64,000 nucleotides of DNA from Syntrophomonadaceae bacterium (GCA_050259615.1 JBLNAZ010000170.1:46902-110901); one strand, 5' to 3'. Shown: positions 10,478-20,118, counted from the stretch's first letter. The notes: generated by a model not told the origin, from the letters alone. Translations and numbers: made by a program.

Positions 10478-10498
10478 CCCCTTTGTTTTTCCCGGCAG

Positions 10499-10726
10499 CT
10501 AATAATTGTAATAAATTAGCTTTGTAATTGTTTCTGAGCCAAGGTCTGGGAATTCCTCTAAAAGCATCCCCATGGCTTCCTGCATTGAAATTTCCATAGA
10601 TCTCAGCTGACGGTATTTTGCTATTATCTGGTATTCCCTGACTTTTTTCTTGTTTAAGAGACCTTCTTTGTGCAAAAGTTCAAAAATATCTTTGCTGATA
10701 AGATCTTCCAGCGGGTTAAGTGTCAT
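10499..10726 (-). CDS. Small helical hypothetical protein (75 aa), possible DNA-binding
   Basis: Fills the intergenic gap, has an AGGA SD-like sequence upstream, and shows an amphipathic helix pattern with an HTH-like C-terminus. Confidence 0.65.
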   Translation of the reverse strand: MTLNPLEDLISKDIFELLHKEGLLNKKKVREYQIIAKYRQLRSMEISMQEAMGMLLEEFPDLGSETITKLIYYNY

Positions 10727-10958
10727 TTTTTATCCTGATATTCCGGAATTATTTTTAATTCTACGATTTATAATTTCTAAGTGATTATCGACGGTTTTCA
10801 TTTATTTTACACTGAAATTGAAGGTATTTATTTTGGGATAACCGTACTGTCGCCAAGATGGTGCCTAATGAGCCCGGTAAAGCAGTATTTTTAAGGCTTT
10901 GTTGACTACAGTCACTTAACCGGTACAAATCATTTTATATCTTTATTAGAGACTATTT

Positions 10959-12647
10959 ATGATTCGGAATATTATAATTTTCATACTGCAAAGAGTTAAA
11001 TTCCATATAAATTTAAGTTTTTTCCTGCTATTAGTAATTCCCTTTAATTTAATAAATTCAGCTGAAAATATTTTCATCCGTGTAAATCAGGTAGGTTTTC
11101 TGCCCGGGGATATTAAAACTGCAGTTATTATGTCCGCAGCAGATATCTCGGGAGAAGACTTTTTAATTTATGCAAAAAAAGGGAAAAACGCAGTTTATAA
11201 AGGGCATTTAAGCAGCAGTGTTAAAGGTGAAGGCAGGTTTCAGAATAACTATAATGTTAATTTTTCGGAATTAAAGAACCCCGGTCAATATATAATTAAA
11301 TGCGGCGGTGCAGTTTCACTTCCGTTTGCAATAGGTATTAATCTTTACAACGCTGTAGCTGACTCGCTGTTATTGTTCTTTAAGGTTCAAAGGTGCGGCT
11401 ATACGGATCCCTTTCTGCACGGAGTATGCCACATAGCGGATGCCACCAGCTTAATTGCCGGAAAATCCCCTCTGCCTGGAAAGCAGGATGTTACGGGAGG
11501 GTGGCATGATGCAGGTGACTACGTTAAATTCTTTAATACGACGGTTTTTGCAACTTATATGATGCTGTTTTCTTTTGAATTTGACCCGGTAAAGTTCGGT
11601 TTCGACGCTAATCGTAACAATATTCCTGATATACTGGAAGAAGCTAAGGTCGGGCTGGACTGGCTTCTAAGGTCGCACCTGGCAGATGACAGGTTCATAA
11701 TTCAGGTGCAGGATTTAAGAGATCATGAGCAGGGATGGCGGCTTCCCGAGCAGGATAAATTGACTTTTGACCGTCCGGCTTTCGTTGGAGGGGGGAAGAA
11801 TACCGTCGGAATATACAGTGCAGTTATGGCCCTGGCATCAAGGATATGGAAAGAAAAGCTGCATTATAATGAATTTGCAAATAAATGCCTGGAGGAAGCC
11901 ATAAAGAATTACCGGCAGGCCTCCAGGATGCCTGAAGTTGACAAAAGCGGCAGCGGTATGTACCTGGATTCGAAGTCTTCGGGCAAAATGGCCTTAGGAG
12001 CAGTTGAACTTTATGAGGCCACAAAAGACAGCAGGTACCTTAAAGAGTCAATAGAATACGCCGCTGAGGCTAAATCTGATTACTGGTGGAGTTATGGGGA
12101 CATAAACTCGGCAGCAGATTACAAAATTGCAAAATATGAGCCGGCAGTAAAAGATTACTTATTAAATAATCTAAAGAACTTTAATAACATAAAGAATAAT
12201 GCAATTTTCGGGCAGGCAGCTTCAGACACCTGGGGCTCAAACACTGCAGTTATGGGTGCCGGCCTGCAGGCTATTCTCTGGAAGCGCCTTACCGGAAGGA
12301 GTGATTTTGATTCGCTGATGGTATTTCAGCGTGATTACATTCTGGGGAAAAACCAGTGGGGAGTAAGTTTTATATACAATATTGGAAGCGTTTTTTCCAG
12401 GAATTTTCATTCGCAGGTAGGGTATTTAAGGCAGGGATATCTTCCGGGTGCCGTAGCTGCCGGACCAATAAGCAGAAAAAAACTGGAGGGCTATAAAATC
12501 AAAACAAACGAAAAGGATCCATACTGGGAATTTCAGACAGATTCAGCGGTATATCAGGATATGAGGATGGATTATGTGACAAATGAGCCGTCAATTTCAA
12601 CAAATGCCACCGCCTTATTTTTGATCGGTTACTTTGCAGGAAAATAG
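10959..12647 (+). CDS. Glycoside hydrolase family 9 (endoglucanase-like) with N-terminal Ig-like domain, exported
   Basis: IRVNQVGFLP (CelD-type Ig start), FFKVQRCG, GGWHDAGDYVK (catalytic bases), DYILGKNQWG, DYVTNEPSISTNA (catalytic acid). Confidence 0.92.
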   Translation: MIRNIIIFILQRVKFHINLSFFLLLVIPFNLINSAENIFIRVNQVGFLPGDIKTAVIMSAADISGEDFLIYAKKGKNAVYKGHLSSSVKGEGRFQNNYNVNFSELKNPGQYIIKCGGAVSLPFAIGINLYNAVADSLLLFFKVQRCGYTDPFLHGVCHIADATSLIAGKSPLPGKQDVTGGWHDAGDYVKFFNTTVFATYMMLFSFEFDPVKFGFDANRNNIPDILEEAKVGLDWLLRSHLADDRFIIQVQDLRDHEQGWRLPEQDKLTFDRPAFVGGGKNTVGIYSAVMALASRIWKEKLHYNEFANKCLEEAIKNYRQASRMPEVDKSGSGMYLDSKSSGKMALGAVELYEATKDSRYLKESIEYAAEAKSDYWWSYGDINSAADYKIAKYEPAVKDYLLNNLKNFNNIKNNAIFGQAASDTWGSNTAVMGAGLQAILWKRLTGRSDFDSLMVFQRDYILGKNQWGVSFIYNIGSVFSRNFHSQVGYLRQGYLPGAVAAGPISRKKLEGYKIKTNEKDPYWEFQTDSAVYQDMRMDYVTNEPSISTNATALFLIGYFAGK

Positions 12648-12650
12648 CAA

Positions 12651-12760
12651 TGTTTTAAAATGGCACAGTTAAAAAATGATTCTCAAATTGAGTCAGTTGA
12701 AAGAGCATAACGAGATATTATATTTGGAAATAGTAACCATTTAACGGCATAAAATTTGAT
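12651..12760 (+). promoter_or_regulatory. Candidate sigma-54 promoter with two upstream 17-bp enhancer-like sites
   Basis: CGGCATAAAATTTGAT has GG at 12746-47 and GA at 12758-59. Sites TGTTTTAAAATGGCACA (12651-67) and ATTCTCAAATTGAGTCA (12679-95). Confidence 0.45.
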
Positions 12761-12783
12761 CTATATTAAAAAACGAGCAACTT

Positions 12784-14061
12784 ATGAAAAGAAACATACA
12801 ATTGGTACAAACCGGGTTACCCCTGATTGATCAGGCTTGGGGCGGATTTTATAAAGGGGGTACATATTTACTTGTGGGACCGAAAAAGTCCGGGCGTACG
12901 CTTTTAGGCTTGCAGTATGCAATGCAGTCGGCAAGACAGAAGGAAGTCTGCTTGTATTTTACGAATATGAGGCCCAAGGACCTGATGATCCATGCAGCGT
13001 CTATAGATTTTGATATTCAGACATATATGAATCAGAATCTGATTGTTGTTGTACGTGTGACCCCGCCGGCTGATTTGTATGACCTTCGCGACCCGGATGA
13101 ATATCTCATTGAATATTTAAAAGATATAGTTACAGTTGTAGAGCAGTTTGCCCCGAAGAGAATAATTTTTGATGAACTTACTCCTTATATAGGTTTCAGC
13201 AATTTAAATCTGCTGAGGGAATCGTTTCTTGATACTCTGGAGAATATTGAGCAGAGAGACGTTACAAGTCTTTTTACAATAGGGGAGCCTGCCACACCAG
13301 TCGCACAGTCAATTGTGGATGAACTTGTACAGCACGTTACAGCTTCAATTTATCTTCAGAAAAGGATTGCTCCGGGTGACTTTAAGGCACAGAATGGAAA
13401 GATGACAATCACTCCAAACATAGGGCACACTGAAGGGCAGTTTACAGCAAACTATACAATTGAGCCTTATAAGGGGATAGTTACTGATTTTAAGCCTTCG
13501 TGGCCGCAGGCAGAATTTCCTGCCGCTCTTCAGGAAAACCGGCCTCAGCTGCAGGACGGCCGGTACCAGTCGCTTTCAAATTTCGAAACGCACCAGGAGC
13601 CGTACTCCTTTTCCAACTTTTATGAATATAACGAATTTCTGCTGCTGCTGAACAATCAGATTGCTTTATACAAGAGTACAGGACAGATATTTTCTCTGGT
13701 ATCATTCAAGCTGGATACTGCTGCAGAAAGAGACCGCCTGCTTACAATAAATCAGCTGCAGAATGCAGTACGCCTGGCAACAGATAAAAAAGACAAGATT
13801 TGTGTTTACGACAATAAAGTTATAGTGCTGCTTATAAGAAGCGATAAAAAAAATCTGGCCGGACTGGTGACAAAAATTCAGGCTAATTTTCCTTCCAGCG
13901 ATTCAAATTATTTAAAAACTGTTCAGCAGTATATTTCAGTCCTTTTTGTGGAAATTGATGAAACGGTGGAAAATGCTGAGGCATTAATGAAGAGTGTGCT
14001 TGGTGAAGAGTTCCGAAGCGATAAAAATAACGACTCATTTAACAGGTATAATTCGAACTGA
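12784..14061 (+). CDS. Degenerate KaiC/RAD55-family ATPase domain plus C-terminal degenerate GGDEF-like domain
   Basis: QTGLPLIDQAWGG-GGTYLLVGPKKSGRT (Walker A K to R) and RIIFDEL (Walker B). C-terminus FSLVSFKLD...ATDKKDKICVYDNKVIVLL...AEALMKSV follows the GGDEF secondary-structure pattern without the signature. Confidence 0.8.
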   Translation: MKRNIQLVQTGLPLIDQAWGGFYKGGTYLLVGPKKSGRTLLGLQYAMQSARQKEVCLYFTNMRPKDLMIHAASIDFDIQTYMNQNLIVVVRVTPPADLYDLRDPDEYLIEYLKDIVTVVEQFAPKRIIFDELTPYIGFSNLNLLRESFLDTLENIEQRDVTSLFTIGEPATPVAQSIVDELVQHVTASIYLQKRIAPGDFKAQNGKMTITPNIGHTEGQFTANYTIEPYKGIVTDFKPSWPQAEFPAALQENRPQLQDGRYQSLSNFETHQEPYSFSNFYEYNEFLLLLNNQIALYKSTGQIFSLVSFKLDTAAERDRLLTINQLQNAVRLATDKKDKICVYDNKVIVLLIRSDKKNLAGLVTKIQANFPSSDSNYLKTVQQYISVLFVEIDETVENAEALMKSVLGEEFRSDKNNDSFNRYNSN

Positions 14062-16940
14062 TGAAAAAAATCATTCTTCTTGCATTCTTACTTTTTTCAG
14101 CCTTAATCACCTTATCTGCACAGACGAGCCAGACAGCTCTGAAATCCGAAGCGATGAAGCAGATTCAGGCAGGAAACTTCGGCGAGGCAATTGACCTGCT
14201 CAATAAATACATATCTGCTTACCCGCACCTTTCCGACGGCTTAAATTTGAGAGGCTACTGCTTCGAAAAAAGAGGGCAGTACGGAGACGCCGTTCTGGAT
14301 TATAAACGCGCCCTCATGATCAGTCCCAACAGTTCCGATATCCAGAAAAATCTTTCCCGCGCAGAGAACGTGTGGAATTCCCTGTTATACAGGAAGATAG
14401 AAGGGCATAAAAGAGAAATTGCCATAAATCCTCAGAACGCGGTAAATTACCTGGAAATCGGAAAATGCATGAAAAATCTGGGCAGGTGGGAAGATGCTGA
14501 ATCCTGGTACGACGACTTCCTGTCGCGTACGGAAGCTTCTGCAGATGAGATTATAAGATACAGCGAAATCTTAGCTCATAATAACCACCTCGTAAAAGGA
14601 GAGAAAGTACTCAAGACCTACACCGAACGCTATCCCGATGATCAAAGGCTCTGGAGCCGCTACGGGTTCTTTACAATGTGGCTCGGCAAGTTTAAGATTG
14701 CAATTAAGGCCTTTGAAAATTCGCTTGCAATAAAACCTTTCTTTAAAGAAGCGCAGGATGGACTCGATCAGGCAAAAGGCAAAGCATATATTTTTGAGTG
14801 GACTGATACAACGGCAAGGCATAAGCAGAATGCAGCCGTAAAAGAATACGCAATTGACAAATACTACAGGCTGCTGAAGAAAAAACCTGCAGATGAAAAT
14901 ACAAGGTTTCTGCTTGTTGATGAGCTTGTTAAGGCTAAAAGATACGAAGAGGCATACCAGCAGCTTCAGGTCTTATCCAAATCACACAGCGACGACCCGA
15001 AATTCCAGCAGCTTTATGACAGCCTTAGCACAACAAGGGAAACGCTGCTGAAGAAAAAAATTGAAGATTACAAGGCACGCATTGAGAAGAATCCCACGGA
15101 TAAGGCTGCCGTGATGGCGCTGGCTGAGAGCAATAGCGGACTTTTTGATTATGACGGCGCCGTGAAAATCCTGGGAGACTACCTGGAGAAAACCCCTGAT
15201 AATGATAATCTGGACGTCAGGTTAAAAATTGCAAAGTATGCCGGATGGAACAGGGATTTCGGAAGGTCTCTGGAACAGGTGAACTTTCTGCTCGGGAAGG
15301 ACCCGGATAATCTGGAATATCAGCTTCTTCGTGCACAGCTTGCTGTATGGACCAGTCAGGACTACGACATAGCTGAAAAGCATCTTTTGAATGTTGTAAA
15401 CAAACAGCCTGAAAACACGGACGCGCTGCTTGCCTTCGGGACTCTCAGGACAAATCAGGGGAACTTCGAGGAGGCAAAAAAATACCTCGAACTTGCACGC
15501 GCAGTCGACCCCGGAAGCAAGTATGTGGAACAGCTGGATACATATCTTGCAGCCGAGATTTCAAGAGCAGAAGAAAGGAAGATTTTTGAAATTCTGGAAG
15601 AGGGAAGAAAGATACTGGTAGAGACTAATAACTGCGAGGAGGCTCTGCCGAAATACGACGAGTATTTTTCCAAAGCTGCCACCAACCGCCTTTTCCTCCT
15701 GGAATACGCAGAAGTATATGCATGCGTTAAGAATTATCCCAGGGCAATTGAGCTTTATAACCAGGCACTGAACGAAGAATACAGCTTTGATGGCGCTTTT
15801 GGACGGGCTAAGGCTTATCTGTGGGGAATGGATTCCATTAACGCGCTTTCTGAATTTAAGAAACTTGCCGTTGAGGCTCCGGACAACTTTGAAGTTCATA
15901 TGCTGCTTGGCGATTCATATCTGGCAATGCACCAGTATGATGAAGCAAGGGAGGTATACGACAGCCTCATGGAAAAATCGAATGATTCAGCTCAGGTAGC
16001 CCTCATTCAGCCCAGATACTCCTGGATTCCAGTTACTGGGTTTAGTTCGTTTTTTTCTACTTTCCCGAATTACATCGGCTTTGCACCCCAGTTCAATTAT
16101 TATTCCGATAACCAGAACCTGAGATTCCAGAACTCCGGCGGCAGACTTGAGTTCGGCCTTACGAGTTTCATTTCTGTAGGCGCAACTTTTATAAGAGGAA
16201 GCCTCTCCTCAAGGACTGCCACGAGGAATTATACTTCCCTCGAGGGAAACCTGTATTTAAGGCTCTCGCGTTATATGATGCTCTCAGGCGGCTTTGGCAA
16301 TATGACCTTCAAGGGAACGCGCAATATGCAGATCTCAAATGCCAGCCTTGTCTTTAACAGGGAAGGAAAAGAAAATAAGGTTAACCTTAGTGCTGCTTAT
16401 TCAAAAACAGATGCGGGAATTATACTCTTTTCAACACGGCTTATTGACTACAGGAACGAAAGAATAGACAGAATTATGGCCAACTTATTCAGGTTTAACG
16501 GCAGCTTCCAAAATAAGCACGGAATTAAACTTTCGGGTATGTTCAGCTATCTGAAGCTTGATGACGGCAATGCGGGTAACGACCTGCAGCTCAGGCTCGG
16601 GAAGGCTTTTGATGAGGATATTACGGCCGGATACGAATACGCCTTTGCGAACTATTCCAGAAAGTCTAACTTCTATTACTCACCCAGAAACTTTGAGTCG
16701 CACAGCCTCTGGGGAGAATGGGAGCTTGAGAAGAGTTCAGAGCTGGAACTTAAAATTGGCGCTAAACTGGGATATGTTCCGGCAAGCGACTTTTTGACGA
16801 GGGAGATTTCAGGTTCAGCCGATTACAAGGTATATAAATCCCTAACCATTATGGGCAGAATTACTGCCGGGGGCACTTACCGCTATGATGCAGCCTATAA
16901 CTTCCTTTCAGGAACTATATCGGCCTTCTGGTCACTCTAA
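14061..16940 (+). CDS. Outer-membrane protein: signal peptide, long TPR array, C-terminal beta-barrel
   Basis: About 650 aa of TPR-pattern helices, then about 290 aa of alternating beta-strands with FYYSPRNF and terminal ISAFWSL. Start overlaps the upstream stop (TGATG). Confidence 0.85.
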   Translation: MKKIILLAFLLFSALITLSAQTSQTALKSEAMKQIQAGNFGEAIDLLNKYISAYPHLSDGLNLRGYCFEKRGQYGDAVLDYKRALMISPNSSDIQKNLSRAENVWNSLLYRKIEGHKREIAINPQNAVNYLEIGKCMKNLGRWEDAESWYDDFLSRTEASADEIIRYSEILAHNNHLVKGEKVLKTYTERYPDDQRLWSRYGFFTMWLGKFKIAIKAFENSLAIKPFFKEAQDGLDQAKGKAYIFEWTDTTARHKQNAAVKEYAIDKYYRLLKKKPADENTRFLLVDELVKAKRYEEAYQQLQVLSKSHSDDPKFQQLYDSLSTTRETLLKKKIEDYKARIEKNPTDKAAVMALAESNSGLFDYDGAVKILGDYLEKTPDNDNLDVRLKIAKYAGWNRDFGRSLEQVNFLLGKDPDNLEYQLLRAQLAVWTSQDYDIAEKHLLNVVNKQPENTDALLAFGTLRTNQGNFEEAKKYLELARAVDPGSKYVEQLDTYLAAEISRAEERKIFEILEEGRKILVETNNCEEALPKYDEYFSKAATNRLFLLEYAEVYACVKNYPRAIELYNQALNEEYSFDGAFGRAKAYLWGMDSINALSEFKKLAVEAPDNFEVHMLLGDSYLAMHQYDEAREVYDSLMEKSNDSAQVALIQPRYSWIPVTGFSSFFSTFPNYIGFAPQFNYYSDNQNLRFQNSGGRLEFGLTSFISVGATFIRGSLSSRTATRNYTSLEGNLYLRLSRYMMLSGGFGNMTFKGTRNMQISNASLVFNREGKENKVNLSAAYSKTDAGIILFSTRLIDYRNERIDRIMANLFRFNGSFQNKHGIKLSGMFSYLKLDDGNAGNDLQLRLGKAFDEDITAGYEYAFANYSRKSNFYYSPRNFESHSLWGEWELEKSSELELKIGAKLGYVPASDFLTREISGSADYKVYKSLTIMGRITAGGTYRYDAAYNFLSGTISAFWSL

Positions 16941-16972
16941 GCTTTAACAACTGTTATTATGATTTTTACTTC

Positions 16973-17004
16973 AAGCCGGCTTACTTTAAGCCGGCTTTTT
17001 CTTT
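16973..17004 (+). terminator. Intrinsic terminator closing the GH9/ATPase/TPR unit
   Basis: AAGCCGGCTTA-CTT-TAAGCCGGCTT followed by Ts. Confidence 0.8.
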
Positions 17005-17070
17005 AATTTTTCAGGAATTATGCTATATTATATAATATACAAATCAATATGACCGGCTAAGGAGACTTGA

Positions 17071-17262
17071 ATGCAGAATGAAATAAGAAATAAATTTTTC
17101 TGGACTTGGCTTACAAGCATAATCATCGGTATTGTTTTAATATTAAGCATATTCTTTATGGAAGAAAGACATAATAGCTCTCAGCCTTCAACGCAGGGCA
17201 CTACGGCAACCTCACCGCAAAGTATTCAGAATAAAGACTCTGTGGGTCAGGTTAATAAATAG
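17071..17262 (+). CDS. Small single-pass membrane protein (63 aa)
   Basis: AAGGAG SD, one hydrophobic helix, Ser/Thr/Gln-rich tail. Confidence 0.65.
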   Translation: MQNEIRNKFFWTWLTSIIIGIVLILSIFFMEERHNSSQPSTQGTTATSPQSIQNKDSVGQVNK

Positions 17263-17405
17263 CAGTCTGTTTGGTTCTTCCAGCTTTTCCAGGTGGCTGC
17301 CTCATGCTCAATTCAAAATGGTTATATTAATCTTTGTTCAAAGTAAAAGTATTTATCAGCAGTAATATTGTCATACGGTTCTTCTGTTAAATGGGGAGTT
17401 AAAAA

Positions 17406-17548
17406 ATGAAGCCTATATGGTTTTTTATAGGACTGATTTTAACAGAACTGTGCTTGCTGAAACTCATCCCTATGTATGGTGGGGAGGTTTGATGACGGTA
17501 GCAGGAATACTGTTTATACTGACCAATAAAAACAAAATTGTTGAATAA
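17406..17548 (+). pseudogene. Frameshifted remnant of a small two-helix membrane protein
   Basis: GGGGAG SD and ATG give MKPIWFFIGLIL; a different frame continues RTVLAETHPYVWWGGLMTVAGILFILTNKNKIVE-stop. The 143-nt span is not a multiple of 3. Confidence 0.55.
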
Positions 17549-17803
17549 TTTTCCGGGGTATTATTAAAGGGTTCAGGCTCGTAATATCCTCTATTATTGA
17601 ACAGTAAGCTTATCTTTTAAAAGTGAGTGCAGGGGATATTTCTGTTATCTCTATAACTCCGGACGGTTAAACCTGTCAGACCTTCGGCTGCCTTCCATCC
17701 TTCCACCCGGTTATCCAATTATGTGTTGTTTGTCATTTAGGAAAAAGTAAGTTATTATTGATAAATATGTTTCTATTTATGCGCAGTAAATTAAAAGTAT
17801 GAA

Positions 17804-19939
17804 ATGGGACATTCTTTTATAAACGCAATTTTTATTACGCTATTTCTCTTCAACTCTGTGTATGCGCAGAGCCCCCCGGCAGGTGATGAGGATATTTATT
17901 ACCTGAACGGTTTGGAGTATCTTAAAAAACATGATACTGAACTGGCTGAGGAGATGTTCAAGAAATCCGTAAGGAAGTTTTCCGACGCGCCTTCCATGTA
18001 TGAACTTGCAAAACTCTACCGCGACAAAAACACTATCTCAGGCCGTGACCGTGCAAGAGAACTAGTCCAGAAAGCTATATGGAAAGATCCGAATAATATT
18101 GAATACAGGATGCTGCAGGCTTCTTTATTGGAAAAGTTCGGCCTCTCGATGTCCTTTGACAAGTATGAGGAGATAACAGAAATAGACAGCACGTATGCCA
18201 GTGCCTGGTTTAATATGGGAAGAATAAAGGAGGCAGATTTTAATGAATACCACAACTCTGTTTTTATGGAGGATTACTCGAGCCCGTTACTAAGCTATGA
18301 AAAGTTTGCGATGGAAGATATGCAGGAGGCCGAGGCTTACTTTAAGAAAGCATTAAGTTTTGATCCCAAAAACCAGGAAGCAAGGCTTCATATGGCTTTT
18401 CTTTATGAAGATGCTAACCTTCCGGATAAAGCCATTCCACTGCTCCAGGAAATGAGCCGAATAGACTCCATGAATAAGGACGCACATCTGTACCTGGGGC
18501 TTATCTACTACAAAACATCAAATATAAAAAAGTCGTATGAAGAGTATAAAAAAGCTTTAAGGCTGATGTCTTATGATGAGGAGATAGATTTCACCTTTAA
18601 CTCAGTAAAGGAACTCCTGGAGCCTCTGCTTGGAGATGAGTATAAGAAGTATACAAGCGACGAACTCAAGCAGGTAATTGACCTTTACTGGAAGGTAAAT
18701 GACCCATTAAACCTAACAGAGTATAATGAGCGGCTTCTGGAGCATTATTCACGTGTAGCATATTCAAACCTCCGTTTTACAACAAAATCCGGCGGCATTC
18801 CGGGCTGGAAGACCGACAAAGGGGAAGTAGTGATGCGCTACGGAGAGCCTGTCAAAAGGCTGCGCTACAGGCCGCACATTGTGGGCGGGGAAAGGATGTC
18901 GGTTAAGGTTAAGACCGACGTCTGGGAGTATAGCGGCCTTACATTCGGCTTTACTGATGAATACATGTCGGGTAACTACCGCTTCAGCGTGCCTGTGCCA
19001 GGCAGCAGGTATATTCCGCAGTACCCCGGCGATTCACAGAGGCTTATGGAATACTTAAGAAAAGTAAAATATGAGGATTACACCCCGAAGTACGACGGCC
19101 CGGCATTCAGCATGCCGTACTACGTTGCGCAGTTCAGGGATATGGATGGTGAGAGGAACGGGAAAACCGATGTTTACATAAATTATGCACTTAACTTCCC
19201 TGACAGTGTGATAAAGAATAAAAAATTCACGAGCGCGCATAATTACGGCATCTTCTTTACCGATAGAAACTACGAAGCGCAATTCCAGAAAAAGAGCAGT
19301 GTTGGTGCGCTGCCTGAAAATAGAAAGATCAAAATACCTTTTTCGGATGAGTACTACGTCAACTCTGTTTCCGTTACAGTGCCGCCTGATTCGGGAATCC
19401 TGGCTTTTGAAATCCTGCGCAGCATAGATAACGGTGTAGCTTCAAGCCATAAACGTTTTAAGATCAGGGAGTTTCATCCGGGTGAATTTGCCGTAAGTGA
19501 TCTTCTGCTGGCTTCAGAATTAAGCACGGGTGCTATGGGAAATTTATCCTTAAAAAGAAGGGATATCAGCATACTCCCAAATCCATTGAACACGTTTACG
19601 AAAGGGCAGAATCTTTTCCTTTATTATGAAGTTTATAACCTTTTGATGGATAAAGACAACAAGACCGATTTTGAACAGAAGATAACGGTAATTAAAGCAG
19701 AGGATGAGTCGGGAATAAAAAAAATATTTAAGGCGATAACCGGAATTTTTGGACTCGGTGGTTCAAAAGAGGAAGTCTCGCTTACTTCCAGATACCAGAC
19801 AAGTGAAAAAGACCCGCAGATGTATATACAGCTGGATATGAGTGAATATGAAGCGGGGGATTATAGAGTGCAGACAATTATAAAAGATAACATAAGCCAT
19901 AAGGAGGCAAGGGTAGAAACTATCCTGCACTGGCGTTGA
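17804..19939 (+). CDS. GWxTD domain protein with N-terminal TPR repeats, exported
   Basis: YWKVNDP-NERLLEHYSRVAYSN-PGWKTDKGEVVMRYGEP; signal peptide; TPR helices. Confidence 0.88.
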   Translation: MGHSFINAIFITLFLFNSVYAQSPPAGDEDIYYLNGLEYLKKHDTELAEEMFKKSVRKFSDAPSMYELAKLYRDKNTISGRDRARELVQKAIWKDPNNIEYRMLQASLLEKFGLSMSFDKYEEITEIDSTYASAWFNMGRIKEADFNEYHNSVFMEDYSSPLLSYEKFAMEDMQEAEAYFKKALSFDPKNQEARLHMAFLYEDANLPDKAIPLLQEMSRIDSMNKDAHLYLGLIYYKTSNIKKSYEEYKKALRLMSYDEEIDFTFNSVKELLEPLLGDEYKKYTSDELKQVIDLYWKVNDPLNLTEYNERLLEHYSRVAYSNLRFTTKSGGIPGWKTDKGEVVMRYGEPVKRLRYRPHIVGGERMSVKVKTDVWEYSGLTFGFTDEYMSGNYRFSVPVPGSRYIPQYPGDSQRLMEYLRKVKYEDYTPKYDGPAFSMPYYVAQFRDMDGERNGKTDVYINYALNFPDSVIKNKKFTSAHNYGIFFTDRNYEAQFQKKSSVGALPENRKIKIPFSDEYYVNSVSVTVPPDSGILAFEILRSIDNGVASSHKRFKIREFHPGEFAVSDLLLASELSTGAMGNLSLKRRDISILPNPLNTFTKGQNLFLYYEVYNLLMDKDNKTDFEQKITVIKAEDESGIKKIFKAITGIFGLGGSKEEVSLTSRYQTSEKDPQMYIQLDMSEYEAGDYRVQTIIKDNISHKEARVETILHWR

Positions 19940-20118
19940 AGTTAAAAAATATATGGCCCGTTTGATGCACATCACTTCAGATAAAATAATCACTTAATTA
20001 TTTTGAAAAAATTCCAGTTTATTTGATTCTTAAATCCCTTTTTAGTATCAATACTTTAGAGGCTCACCTAAACCGCATATTCAAAAAAAATGATTCGATT
20101 TTTAAGGCAAAAGCTGAT

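Noticed and set aside
12784-14061. Circadian clock KaiC
   Set aside because: Only one ATPase domain, Walker A Lys and catalytic EE are missing, and there is no kaiA or kaiB nearby.
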